Below, in pieces: positions 8,762 to 16,821 of a stretch of DNA of 26,055 bases. The notes under the pieces were generated by a model. That model did no database searches. It was not told the origin of the DNA and saw nothing but the letters and a program-made list of their open reading frames with translations. Source of the DNA: a virus (lineage: Duplodnaviria > Caudoviricetes); IMG/VR virus record IMGVR_UViG_3300037311_000172, positions 1-26,055 of that record; one strand, written 5' to 3'. The position numbers and the translations under genes were made by a program. Every line of letters starts with the position of its first letter. The stretch's first letter is position 1.

Positions 8762-9120
8762 TTTGCTTCGACCTCAGCACGTCGCTTGCGCTCGAGGTGC
8801 TTTGAAATGACGAAGTCCGCTAAGGCTTGAAGTGCAGGAAAGTCATCCTGCAGATGTTCCAGCACCAGCTCGCGCAAACATGGAGCCAGCATTCCCGGCG
8901 GAGCGCCTGGCTGCAGTGCGGCCATGGGCAACGTCCACCCGCGCACACAGCCAGCGATGAACCCAGCCTGGTCAACCACCAGAGTGCTCGCGCTCATTGC
9001 TCGAACGAACTCAGTTTCGGCCGGCAACTCGAGCGTGTAATCTACGCCGCCGTGCGAATGCACTACGGTGCGCGCTTGTCTTCGCGCCGCGAGGATCGCC
9101 TGGATCTGATCCGGCCCCAT
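8683..9120 (-). CDS. Tail assembly chaperone gpG-like
   Basis: Lies between tail tube and tape measure; carries A AAA AAC (EAKN) near its 3' end. Confidence 0.85.
   Translation of the reverse strand: MGPDQIQAILAARRQARTVVHSHGGVDYTLELPAETEFVRAMSASTLVVDQAGFIAGCVRGWTLPMAALQPGAPPGMLAPCLRELVLEHLQDDFPALQALADFVISKHLERKRRAEVEAKNSPPGSTSPVKNRASLRKAASSQAQ
8689..8764 (-). other. Programmed -1 ribosomal frameshift signal: AAAAAAC heptamer plus downstream stem-loop
   Basis: Heptamer at 8764-8758; 4 nt downstream CGCCTGGCT (8753-8745) pairs with AGCCAGGCG (8697-8689), extended by GACG/CGTC. Confidence 0.82.
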
Positions 9121-10058
9121 TAGATTGCGGCCTCGGTGTTGACAATCGTGTACTTGATGTCCGTCTGCTCAACCGTGTCGTACAGCGCGGCCCAGTTGAG
9201 CTGGGTCGTGACCCCTTCAGCATTCGCCAACTTTGGAATGGCATCGCCAGACAGCCGGACTTTAGGCAGCAAAAGCTCGTGGGTGTTCGCACCGCGGGTC
9301 ATGAGTAGCCGAATTGCAAAGTCATTCTCGGCCAGCCACTGGGCGTAGTAAGTGTCGGTGTCAGTGAACTTGACCGTGATCTGCCCAGTCAGCGCGCCCT
9401 GACCTTCGGGGAGCTCATCGATAAAGCGATCGCCGATGCAGCGCTGGCGTGACAGGTTGTTCGATAGGTCAAAGGAAAACCCCAGCATGCAAGTGGCCAC
9501 GCCAGCGATGAAGGTGGAGACATCCACGCTAGCAAACGGGTCGTGCACTGGAGGTGTAGGCGGCGTGAACGGCGTGGTTGGTACGACCGCATTCTTGGCG
9601 ATGACATCCATCGTGCCGGTCACCAGGCCGGTGGGAGCAAAGCTCATCTGCAGGCGATCGATCTTGCAGCCCGAGAAGCGGAAGGTCCGGTTCACGTCCT
9701 CAAAGTTTTTCTCGATGGTCAGACCTGCAGGCAGGACTCCACGCTTGATCACATGGGTGTAGGGGCCAGTACCTGTTGTTGTGCGGGCTCCAATAGCGTG
9801 CTTCATCAGCGTGCCGACCCCCAAGGGTGCTGCTTCGAAAGGCAGTGAGCCACCCGCGTCAATCGGTCCCAGCCGAACCGATTCCAACGCTCGTGCGCCG
9901 GTGATAGCCCCCGATCGAAGTTCCTCGCCGGTGGCGCCGAGCGACTCGCCAAAGGTAATGGCCTTGAGCTGGCGCACAACCGGTGAGCCGGGCAGCGTGC
10001 CCCAGCTGGATTCTTCGGCGTAGAAAATTCGGCCCCGCGAGCCGCGTGCTTGTGGCAT
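9120..10058 (-). CDS. Major tail tube protein, 312 aa
   Basis: YAEESSWG, LTIEKNF...FRFSGCKIDRL motifs; strong SD (CAGGAG); position. Confidence 0.88.
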   Translation of the reverse strand: MPQARGSRGRIFYAEESSWGTLPGSPVVRQLKAITFGESLGATGEELRSGAITGARALESVRLGPIDAGGSLPFEAAPLGVGTLMKHAIGARTTTGTGPYTHVIKRGVLPAGLTIEKNFEDVNRTFRFSGCKIDRLQMSFAPTGLVTGTMDVIAKNAVVPTTPFTPPTPPVHDPFASVDVSTFIAGVATCMLGFSFDLSNNLSRQRCIGDRFIDELPEGQGALTGQITVKFTDTDTYYAQWLAENDFAIRLLMTRGANTHELLLPKVRLSGDAIPKLANAEGVTTQLNWAALYDTVEQTDIKYTIVNTEAAI

Positions 10059-10075
10059 AGGAAACTCCTGTGGTG

Positions 10076-10543
10076 TCAGCCAAGCGCCGTCGCGGGGTCA
10101 TTGCTGAAAACCCGATACGTGGCGCGAAAAGTGATCTCTAGGCGGGCCGCAGGGCGATCCGCAATGTTGGAATACGTGACCTGGCTGGCCACCTTTTGAA
10201 AGCCATCGACCAACTTGCCGTTGGCCGTGTTTACGGTGATTGAGCTGTTGAGCGCGAGCTCGATCTCTGTTTCGATCGATTGCAGAACATCGTGCACCCC
10301 AGACACTTCCGCAGCTAACGCCTCGACCACTAGGTCAAAGGTGCGGTGCTCGTCGCGCGGATACCCAATGCAGGTGACCTCGATGCTGGAATCGCCTTGG
10401 TCGACCAGGCGGAGGCCCGGAAGCTCGGGCCCTTCGAGCGGGTGCGGATGAGCGCCGTGGTGCCAAACACGGGGGCCGGTCGTGGGCAACCCTGTCAGAC
10501 GTGCAAGCGCATAGTCGAGGATCTCGCGGCGTGCATGTGTCAT
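10076..10543 (-). CDS. Tail terminator / tail completion protein (gpU-like)
   Basis: HARREIL N-terminus, ARLEITFRATY...DP C-terminus, position before the tail tube. Confidence 0.72.
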   Translation of the reverse strand: MTHARREILDYALARLTGLPTTGPRVWHHGAHPHPLEGPELPGLRLVDQGDSSIEVTCIGYPRDEHRTFDLVVEALAAEVSGVHDVLQSIETEIELALNSSITVNTANGKLVDGFQKVASQVTYSNIADRPAARLEITFRATYRVFSNDPATALG

Positions 10544-10830
10544 ACGCGCACCAGGTCGACCAGCGAGTAGGTGCCGTCACCAGTATTGCGGGGATGCCCT
10601 CGCACCTGGTAGGCAACGCCATCCACGGTTAACGCCTGCCCGTGGGCCAACGCCGGAAACTTTGCCGACTCGACCTCGATGACATACTGTGCCTGCTGCA
10701 GGCCGTCTTGCATCTGCAGAATATCTGGGCGCACAAAGCCGCAGGGGGCCGAAACGCCGCCCACCACCACCTGAGAAAGCAGGCCGTGGCGGGACAGCGC
10801 CTCGAACAGCCGAGGGGCTGAGAACCCCAT
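10540..10830 (-). CDS. Head closure / head-tail joining protein (gpFII-like)
   Basis: 96 aa, GQALTVDGVAYQV...GDG motif; position. Confidence 0.75.
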   Translation of the reverse strand: MGFSAPRLFEALSRHGLLSQVVVGGVSAPCGFVRPDILQMQDGLQQAQYVIEVESAKFPALAHGQALTVDGVAYQVRGHPRNTGDGTYSLVDLVRV

Positions 10831-11159
10831 CAGAATGCGCCGTTGAGCCGCACGCGACCGACGGTTGGGCCCGAAGCCTTGGCCAGAGTAAACACTCCGA
10901 TCTTGGTGTTGCCCGAAGCGGTCGTAGTCACCCGGAAGTTGGTGTTATCCCAGTACGCCAAGGCCCCGACAGCGGCCGTATCGGTACCGAGCGTGGTCAG
11001 CTCCACCTCGCCTACCATTTGAAACTCACCTTCGGCGCCGTTGGCATAGGCGGCCTTGGCGACCCCAAACATCGCGCCGATCAGTGCGCCTTCGCCCGAG
11101 GTCAGCGCCCGCGGCGCGTTTGCAGTGACCGTGTCACCGCTCGACATGTAGTTCTTCAT
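10830..11159 (-). CDS. DUF2190 family capsid cement/decoration protein
   Basis: MKNYMSSGDTV...FGVA...AYWDN...KIGV...VRLNG signature; follows the capsid gene. Confidence 0.88.
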   Translation of the reverse strand: MKNYMSSGDTVTANAPRALTSGEGALIGAMFGVAKAAYANGAEGEFQMVGEVELTTLGTDTAAVGALAYWDNTNFRVTTTASGNTKIGVFTLAKASGPTVGRVRLNGAF

Positions 11160-11180
11160 CGATCAATCCTTTGGAAAGTG

Positions 11181-11211
11181 GAAATGAAAACGGCCAGCGA
11201 GTGCTGGCCGT
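11181..11211 (-). terminator. Rho-independent terminator downstream of the capsid gene
   Basis: CGGCCAGC-ACTC-GCTGGCCG hairpin followed by TTTTCATTTC on the minus strand. Confidence 0.75.
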
Positions 11212-11229
11212 CAGAGCGCTGCTTAGGGG

Positions 11230-13203
11230 TTAAGCGCCGGGGTTGCGGTACAGACCGCGGCCATCGATCGCCTTGGCGGCGAAGTCAAGGCGAGCCTTGA
11301 TCTCCATGCCATCGACGTTGAAGCCAATGCGGCTCTCCAGGTACACGCCTTCGCTGCCATCCAGGTAGCAGTACTCCACCGTGTCGACATCCGCGCTGTT
11401 GGCTGCTGCGTACCAGACAGTCGTGCTGGCGCTGTCCAGAACTGCGTCGACAATGGGCTCCAAGGCGGTGCGGCCACCTGTGCGGAACTCGTTGACGTCG
11501 CTGGGCTTAGCCGGCACAAACTGCGAACTTGTGAACTGGTAGGCCAACTGTTCCTGCGAAGCCGGCACGATCAGGAATGCCGGGCTCAGATTGAGCTCTT
11601 CCCCCTGCAGGCCTTTTTGCACCCGCATCGCAGCACGCATTGCCGACAGCGTGGTCTGGCTGATTGCCGCCCCAGATGCCGCCAAGTTTCCGCGCGAGCT
11701 GTGAAACAGCGCCACGCCATCGCCCATGGTGGGGTTGCTGGTCAGCTGTGCGTAGACCGTGCGGTTTTCCAGCCGGCGGGCCGAGGCACCAAAGCCTGTG
11801 GCCACCCGGTCCAGCGCACGCATATCGTCATTGATCAGCGTCTGACGGCTAACACCGATGATGCGACCAAAGGTCAGCACCGCGTAGGTTTCGCGGCCAT
11901 CGCTCATCGTGCCGTACTTGAACTCGCCCGCTTCATTCACCCGCAGCAGATCGGGTGTAGCCGACAGCTGGGTGACGCTGAGCGATTTGAAGTCTGGGGC
12001 ATTGGGAGCGCGCCGAGCCCAGGCGGTGTAGGTGGGCACATTTTCCTGATACCCAGCGCGCAGCCGCTTGTTCATCACGTTGGCTAGGATGTTCGGGAAA
12101 TCGCTCGTAGTGTGCAGCGCACGCTCAGCGATCTCCCGAGCCGACAGGCCGCGCACGCGCTCACCCTGAATGACGAGCGATTCCTCCGCCAAGCGAATCA
12201 GGCTCATGTGCCGGTACTCGCGGGCGGCGTCAGGCAGCGTGCCAGTCGGTTGCAAGCGATGTGCAATCGCTGCCGCCATGGCTTCGCGCTTGACTTCGCG
12301 CTCATCCACTTCCGTGGTGATGTGCGCACCACTGCGGGTTGGAGCGCTACGCTCAGCCTCCTCGGCGATCTTGTCGATCACTGCGGCGCGAGCGGCCTCG
12401 ATGGAAACATTACGAGCGACCAGGTCGTCCGCAAAGTCTTCGGGAAGCTTGGCCTTGCGAACAGCGGCACGAATGTCGCTTGCGCGCTGGCGCTCGGCTT
12501 CAGCTGCCTGTTTGCGGATCGCTTCTTGATCCACAGCGGTGGGGTTGCCCGCACCCGCCTCGTTCTGGTTGACCGTTTTCGGGTCCATACGTTCGTCCTT
12601 TGGTAATGGTGCAGCGGGTGCTGCGTCGGTAAACACGCACGGAAATGTGCGCAATTCATGCTTGCCGTCCGGGGAAAGCCCGCGAAAGCCTGCATTGGGG
12701 TCGGCCGGGATCGGCACGATCGATACTTCGATTGGCTCCCAGTCGATAACTCGGTAGACCCAGGGGTCGGATTCGTTCTCAGGCGCTTGGCGCTCGACCT
12801 TGTGGATGATGTAACCGACGCTCACCGAGCGAAGAATGTTGTCTTGCACATCCATCCACACGCCCTCGACATCGGCTCGCTTGCTGAATCGGGCAATGCC
12901 CTCGCCAGTCGCACCATCGACCGTGGCGCTTTCCATCACGCCAAGCACGCTGCGGATGTCATAGGCCCAGTGGTTCGGCAAAAGGGGCGCACCGCCGCCA
13001 TTGAGCCGCTGCAGGCGCACATGCTGAGGATCTAGGCTCAAGACCTCTTTGTAGTACACGCCGCGTCGCCAGTCGTAGCGCATGACCTCAGAGCCGGTGG
13101 ACCAGGTCATTGAGACAGTGCGCTTTTCAGGGTCGGCAGTCGTGACCGAGGCCACGCGCGTATGCAGCGGCAGGCCTTCGCCTGTCGGTTTGTTTTCGTC
13201 CAT
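11230..13203 (-). CDS. Prohead protease-scaffold-major capsid protein fusion, 657 aa
   Basis: HK97-type protease motifs (LLPNH, VSVGY, EVSIVPIPADP), charged helical scaffold, capsid part (HTTSDFP, LINDD, KARLDFAA). Start MDENK at 13203 with GGAGG SD. Confidence 0.93.
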   Translation of the reverse strand: MDENKPTGEGLPLHTRVASVTTADPEKRTVSMTWSTGSEVMRYDWRRGVYYKEVLSLDPQHVRLQRLNGGGAPLLPNHWAYDIRSVLGVMESATVDGATGEGIARFSKRADVEGVWMDVQDNILRSVSVGYIIHKVERQAPENESDPWVYRVIDWEPIEVSIVPIPADPNAGFRGLSPDGKHELRTFPCVFTDAAPAAPLPKDERMDPKTVNQNEAGAGNPTAVDQEAIRKQAAEAERQRASDIRAAVRKAKLPEDFADDLVARNVSIEAARAAVIDKIAEEAERSAPTRSGAHITTEVDEREVKREAMAAAIAHRLQPTGTLPDAAREYRHMSLIRLAEESLVIQGERVRGLSAREIAERALHTTSDFPNILANVMNKRLRAGYQENVPTYTAWARRAPNAPDFKSLSVTQLSATPDLLRVNEAGEFKYGTMSDGRETYAVLTFGRIIGVSRQTLINDDMRALDRVATGFGASARRLENRTVYAQLTSNPTMGDGVALFHSSRGNLAASGAAISQTTLSAMRAAMRVQKGLQGEELNLSPAFLIVPASQEQLAYQFTSSQFVPAKPSDVNEFRTGGRTALEPIVDAVLDSASTTVWYAAANSADVDTVEYCYLDGSEGVYLESRIGFNVDGMEIKARLDFAAKAIDGRGLYRNPGA

Positions 13204-13237
13204 AGGGGTTCCTCCCGCGTTGGCGGGCATTGAGAAA

Positions 13238-14035
13238 CTAGAGGCCGAGGCGATAGGCCACGTTGACGCGCCAGATGGCGCCAGCAAGCACTGGGCAGAC
13301 GACAGTCGTTGCGGTGCCGATAGCTATGGCGGAGCAACCTGCACCGCCAAAGTCAATAACAAGCTCTTTATCTTGTCCGACCGCTGCACCATCTGTGCCA
13401 AACGTTAGCGCTGGCAGGCCCGGAATATTGGTTGTAGTGACCACGGTTGGCGTTGCTGAAGCGGTTTGAGCCGCGGTCATTGAGCGGACTACGCTAATGC
13501 GATCAATGTAGTGACGCAGCCCAGCGACCGCGGCAAGCGTGGCTGTGACGGCTACACCGGCTGCGGCCGTGGCAGTGACCATCAGCGTAGCGGCTCTCTG
13601 ATCGCGCACATAGGGGCTGATGGAGTCGCATGTGTCCGCAGTTAGGAAAACGTTGGCACTGCCTGCGGTCCAGGCACTTAGCCTTACACGCAGCTTGCGC
13701 AGGCCCCCAACAGCAAGGCAAAGCATGCGTTTGATATTCGCCGCGTTGACCGCCTCGGTCAGCAGCGGCTGTCCCGCCGCAGGAATGGTGCCGCCGACGC
13801 ATCCAGGGGTATATGGGTAGGCAAGCAAGGGAAAAAACTGCACGCCATCTGGCGACCCATCAATGACATAGGTGGCGTTGAGCGTGGCTCCACCCCCATC
13901 GATCAGTACGGTTGCGCTGTTATCGCCGTCGACATCGAGCACCAGCCCCGCATTAGAAGCAGCCAAAACTCCAAAAGCACGACGGCTTTCAGGGTGCGGC
14001 ATAAAGGCGTTGGCGAGGTTGCGTAAAACACTCAT
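13238..14035 (-). CDS. Hypothetical beta-rich virion protein (possible head fibre partner)
   Basis: Coupled by ATGA to the collagen gene; Ala/Thr/Val/Gly-rich alternating beta pattern. Confidence 0.6.
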   Translation of the reverse strand: MSVLRNLANAFMPHPESRRAFGVLAASNAGLVLDVDGDNSATVLIDGGGATLNATYVIDGSPDGVQFFPLLAYPYTPGCVGGTIPAAGQPLLTEAVNAANIKRMLCLAVGGLRKLRVRLSAWTAGSANVFLTADTCDSISPYVRDQRAATLMVTATAAAGVAVTATLAAVAGLRHYIDRISVVRSMTAAQTASATPTVVTTTNIPGLPALTFGTDGAAVGQDKELVIDFGGAGCSAIAIGTATTVVCPVLAGAIWRVNVAYRLGL

Positions 14036-15069
14036 GTATTCATCACCATGTAGTTGATTCGGACGGGGCCGCTGAATGGCCCCGGGCAGTACAAGTTCAA
14101 AATCAGCACTTCGCCTCCTGGCGTCGCGATCACTGACCAGTCAGCAATGTCCTCAGCCTCGTTTTCAGTTGTCCCCTGCAGTGAGCAGATCACGATGGCG
14201 TCTTCATTCATCAAGGGGTCACTGAGGCCAAGTTCCACATGAAACGCTGACCCTGCAGGAATATCGACGACTGCGGCGACGGCGCGAGGTACACCCTGGA
14301 TGCCGTCGAGCTTTGCTTTGTCAGCCGCCGACATAAATCCCGGCGTGCTCTGGGTGGCCGGTAGGTGGCTGCCTAGTAGCTCGTGGGCTAGTACGAGGTT
14401 GAACGCCGTGTTGGCAGCTTCCTTGCTGTCGAGGGCTGCTTGCAGTCCATCGACGTCGGCAATCTCATGAGTGTGGTTCAAGCCGGCGTAGCGAGCATCT
14501 GCTTGCTCCTGCGTGATACCGCCAGAGCCTCCAGGCTCAGACTCGCTGCCAGAGGCACCAAAGAACCGAGCCGCTGCTCCATCCGCGCCTTTGCGCGCTA
14601 CAAGCTCCCACGCAGGGTTACCGCCTGGCGCGCTACCAGTAGTCGATTGCACGGCGATATAGCTGCTGCCCGAGTACTCAACGACATCATCGACGTCATA
14701 AGTCTTGCTTGACCGCCAGGGCCCACGCCAGCGCATGCCGGGTTTGCCTTGCACCCCTTGCTTGCCTGGTTCGCCACGATCGCCCTTTTCCCCACGGTCG
14801 CCGCGCTCCCCACGCAGGCCCCGCTCTCCCTGGTCGCCGCGAATGCCGCGTTCGCCTTTCTCGCCGCGCTGTCCATCGTCGCCTTTGGGCCCTGGACCAC
14901 CGCGATCGCCTTTGTCGCCCTTTTCCCCGCGATCCCCCTTGTCACCTTTGAGCCCAGGCTCCCCGCGATCGCCTTTCTCGCCTTTGACGTACCTGGTCGC
15001 TTTTGACTGTTTGAGGGCGAGCGCCAGCTCGAGGACCTTGCGGGCCTCGTCTGTCTTGCGCGCACTCAT
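14032..15069 (-). CDS. Collagen-like fibre protein with CBM5/12-like module and fibre repeats
   Basis: 28 consecutive Gly-X-Y triplets; WRSSKTYDVDDVVEYSGSSYIA...PGGNPAW (CBM5/12-like); HTHEIADVDGLQAALDSK and GFMSAADKAKLDGI fibre motifs. Confidence 0.85.
   Translation of the reverse strand: MSARKTDEARKVLELALALKQSKATRYVKGEKGDRGEPGLKGDKGDRGEKGDKGDRGGPGPKGDDGQRGEKGERGIRGDQGERGLRGERGDRGEKGDRGEPGKQGVQGKPGMRWRGPWRSSKTYDVDDVVEYSGSSYIAVQSTTGSAPGGNPAWELVARKGADGAAARFFGASGSESEPGGSGGITQEQADARYAGLNHTHEIADVDGLQAALDSKEAANTAFNLVLAHELLGSHLPATQSTPGFMSAADKAKLDGIQGVPRAVAAVVDIPAGSAFHVELGLSDPLMNEDAIVICSLQGTTENEAEDIADWSVIATPGGEVLILNLYCPGPFSGPVRINYMVMNT
14731..14982 (-). repeat. Coding Gly-X-Y collagen repeat (28 triplets)
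   Basis: GEKGDRGEP...GVQGKPGMR counted in the translation. Confidence 0.95.
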
Positions 15070-16598
15070 TACTGCAGGAGATCCAGCGCCCGCTGAACCA
15101 AAGCCATGGTGCGTTCGGTCTCATCTTCCGATTCATCGTCGCTGTCATTGCGCGAGCTGCTTTTAAGCGTATTTGCCACCGCCGCACGGATGTCGATCTC
15201 AATGCCGAGCTCGGCCATCTTCTTGCGTTCTGCGGCGATCTCGGCCATCACGACTTCAGGATCGAAGCCCTTCTTGCGCAGCGACTCAGACCAGGACCAA
15301 AGACCTGACTTGATTGCCATGATCTCGGCGGTGATCTCTTTTTGCGGATCCAGGTAAGCGACCTCCGGCGTGGTCCAGTCGACCGGCGTTTCGTCGGCCT
15401 GATCAGGTATCACGCCAGCGACCTTGGCCGTAATAGCCCACTGCTTGGCGATCTGGCGCAGCTTGGGCACCAACACCAGCCACTGCAGCTGCTCGATCGT
15501 CGAGCGAAACTGGATGTCGCCCATGCGGCCGCTGCTGAAGTTGACCTGGCTGAGATCGCCGGTAGCGCGCTGGTAGGTGGAGCCCGCACCGCTAGCCACC
15601 AGGTGCATCATGAAGCGTACCCATTCCGTGCTGCCGCCTGTGTTGGAAGGCGTGCCAAAGGTTACCTGCTGCCCAGGCTTTAAGTACTTGATCAAGCCAG
15701 GACGTAGCGTTTCCTCGCGAGGCATGGCAGAGCGCTGACTGGCATCGCTCGTGCCGACTTGCTCGGCTTCATCGTCCGTCTCTACGAAAGCTGCAAAGCA
15801 GGCCTCGACCTTGCGCTTCATGAGCTCGGCAGCCCGCAAATCTCCGATCTCGCGCAGGTGGCTGATGACGGCATGCAGCATTGGCACACCGCGAAGCTGA
15901 CCAGGCCGGATCTTGTCGTAGAACAGCACCACCTCAGAAGCGGCCACAAACCGCGAGGATCCGTAGCGATTGAAAAGGCTCGCAGCCTCGCCTGGGTGCT
16001 CGGCAAACATCCAATACCCACGCCGGCGACCCAGCACATCGAGCTCCACGCCGTTTACCACTCGGTTCGTCGTACCCGCCATTGGGCCGTCCTTGGCGCC
16101 ATCGATGTAGTCTGGCTCCAGCACCTGCAACTGCAGGGGCACGGTCAGGCCATCGGCAGCACGGCGCGGCCGAAACCGCACTGGCGTTTCGCCCGACATG
16201 ATCATGGTGCGGGCAATCATGGCCATCAGGCCATGGCCATCGAGATCCTGATCAGCATCGACCTCGTTGGCCCACCAGTCATCCCATGCGGCCTGAGTTT
16301 TGGAGTCGCTCCATTTGGCCTTGATGCCGGTGCCGACCAGTGCCGCCACCATGTCACTGATGATCTTCTTCGCCGCAGGGTCGTTTTGAAACAAGTTGCG
16401 CGACGCGTTTCGTAAGCTCGATGTGGCCGGCCCATTCTCGGCGTTGGCAGACGTCCCTGCTGCGCTCCAGCCCGAGGATCGACGACCGAGATCCGCACCC
16501 TCGTACTTGCGGACCAACTGGAGGCCCGCCCTGTACCGAGCGCGTGCAAGCCCCGCCCGGGGGTTGAACCAAGCAATGGCTTCGTCAATCCAATTCAT
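15069..16598 (-). CDS. Portal protein, lambda gpB family, 509 aa
   Basis: YEGA..GRR, PLQLQVLEPD, RPGQLRGVP, GDLSQVNFSSGR, DPQKE motifs; start MNWID at 16598 right after the gpW stop. Confidence 0.95.
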   Translation of the reverse strand: MNWIDEAIAWFNPRAGLARARYRAGLQLVRKYEGADLGRRSSGWSAAGTSANAENGPATSSLRNASRNLFQNDPAAKKIISDMVAALVGTGIKAKWSDSKTQAAWDDWWANEVDADQDLDGHGLMAMIARTMIMSGETPVRFRPRRAADGLTVPLQLQVLEPDYIDGAKDGPMAGTTNRVVNGVELDVLGRRRGYWMFAEHPGEAASLFNRYGSSRFVAASEVVLFYDKIRPGQLRGVPMLHAVISHLREIGDLRAAELMKRKVEACFAAFVETDDEAEQVGTSDASQRSAMPREETLRPGLIKYLKPGQQVTFGTPSNTGGSTEWVRFMMHLVASGAGSTYQRATGDLSQVNFSSGRMGDIQFRSTIEQLQWLVLVPKLRQIAKQWAITAKVAGVIPDQADETPVDWTTPEVAYLDPQKEITAEIMAIKSGLWSWSESLRKKGFDPEVVMAEIAAERKKMAELGIEIDIRAAVANTLKSSSRNDSDDESEDETERTMALVQRALDLLQ

Positions 16599-16599
16599 G

Positions 16600-16818
16600 T
16601 CAGTCCCGAGAAAAGGCCGCAACAGTGGTGCGCCCACGCGCACTGGGCGGCGCCAGCAAACCTGCCGCCTGAAGATCGCCTCGCACGAGATCTCGAGCAC
16701 GGATCAGCTCATCGATCGATCGGTACTGCACGCGCTTGCCGTCGTACTGCACCGACAGCTCGCCACTGGCGATTGCGGCATTGAGCGCGGCCAGCTGCGT
16801 TAACGTGAAGTCGCTCAT
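16600..16818 (-). CDS. Head-tail joining protein gpW-like
   Basis: AIASGELSVQYDGKRVQYRSIDEL motif, between TerL and portal. Confidence 0.9.
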   Translation of the reverse strand: MSDFTLTQLAALNAAIASGELSVQYDGKRVQYRSIDELIRARDLVRGDLQAAGLLAPPSARGRTTVAAFSRD

Positions 16819-16821
16819 GGG

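Noticed and set aside
14700-15000. Periodic DNA repeats as a CRISPR or non-coding array
   Set aside because: The 9-nt periodicity is fully explained by collagen Gly-X-Y codons.
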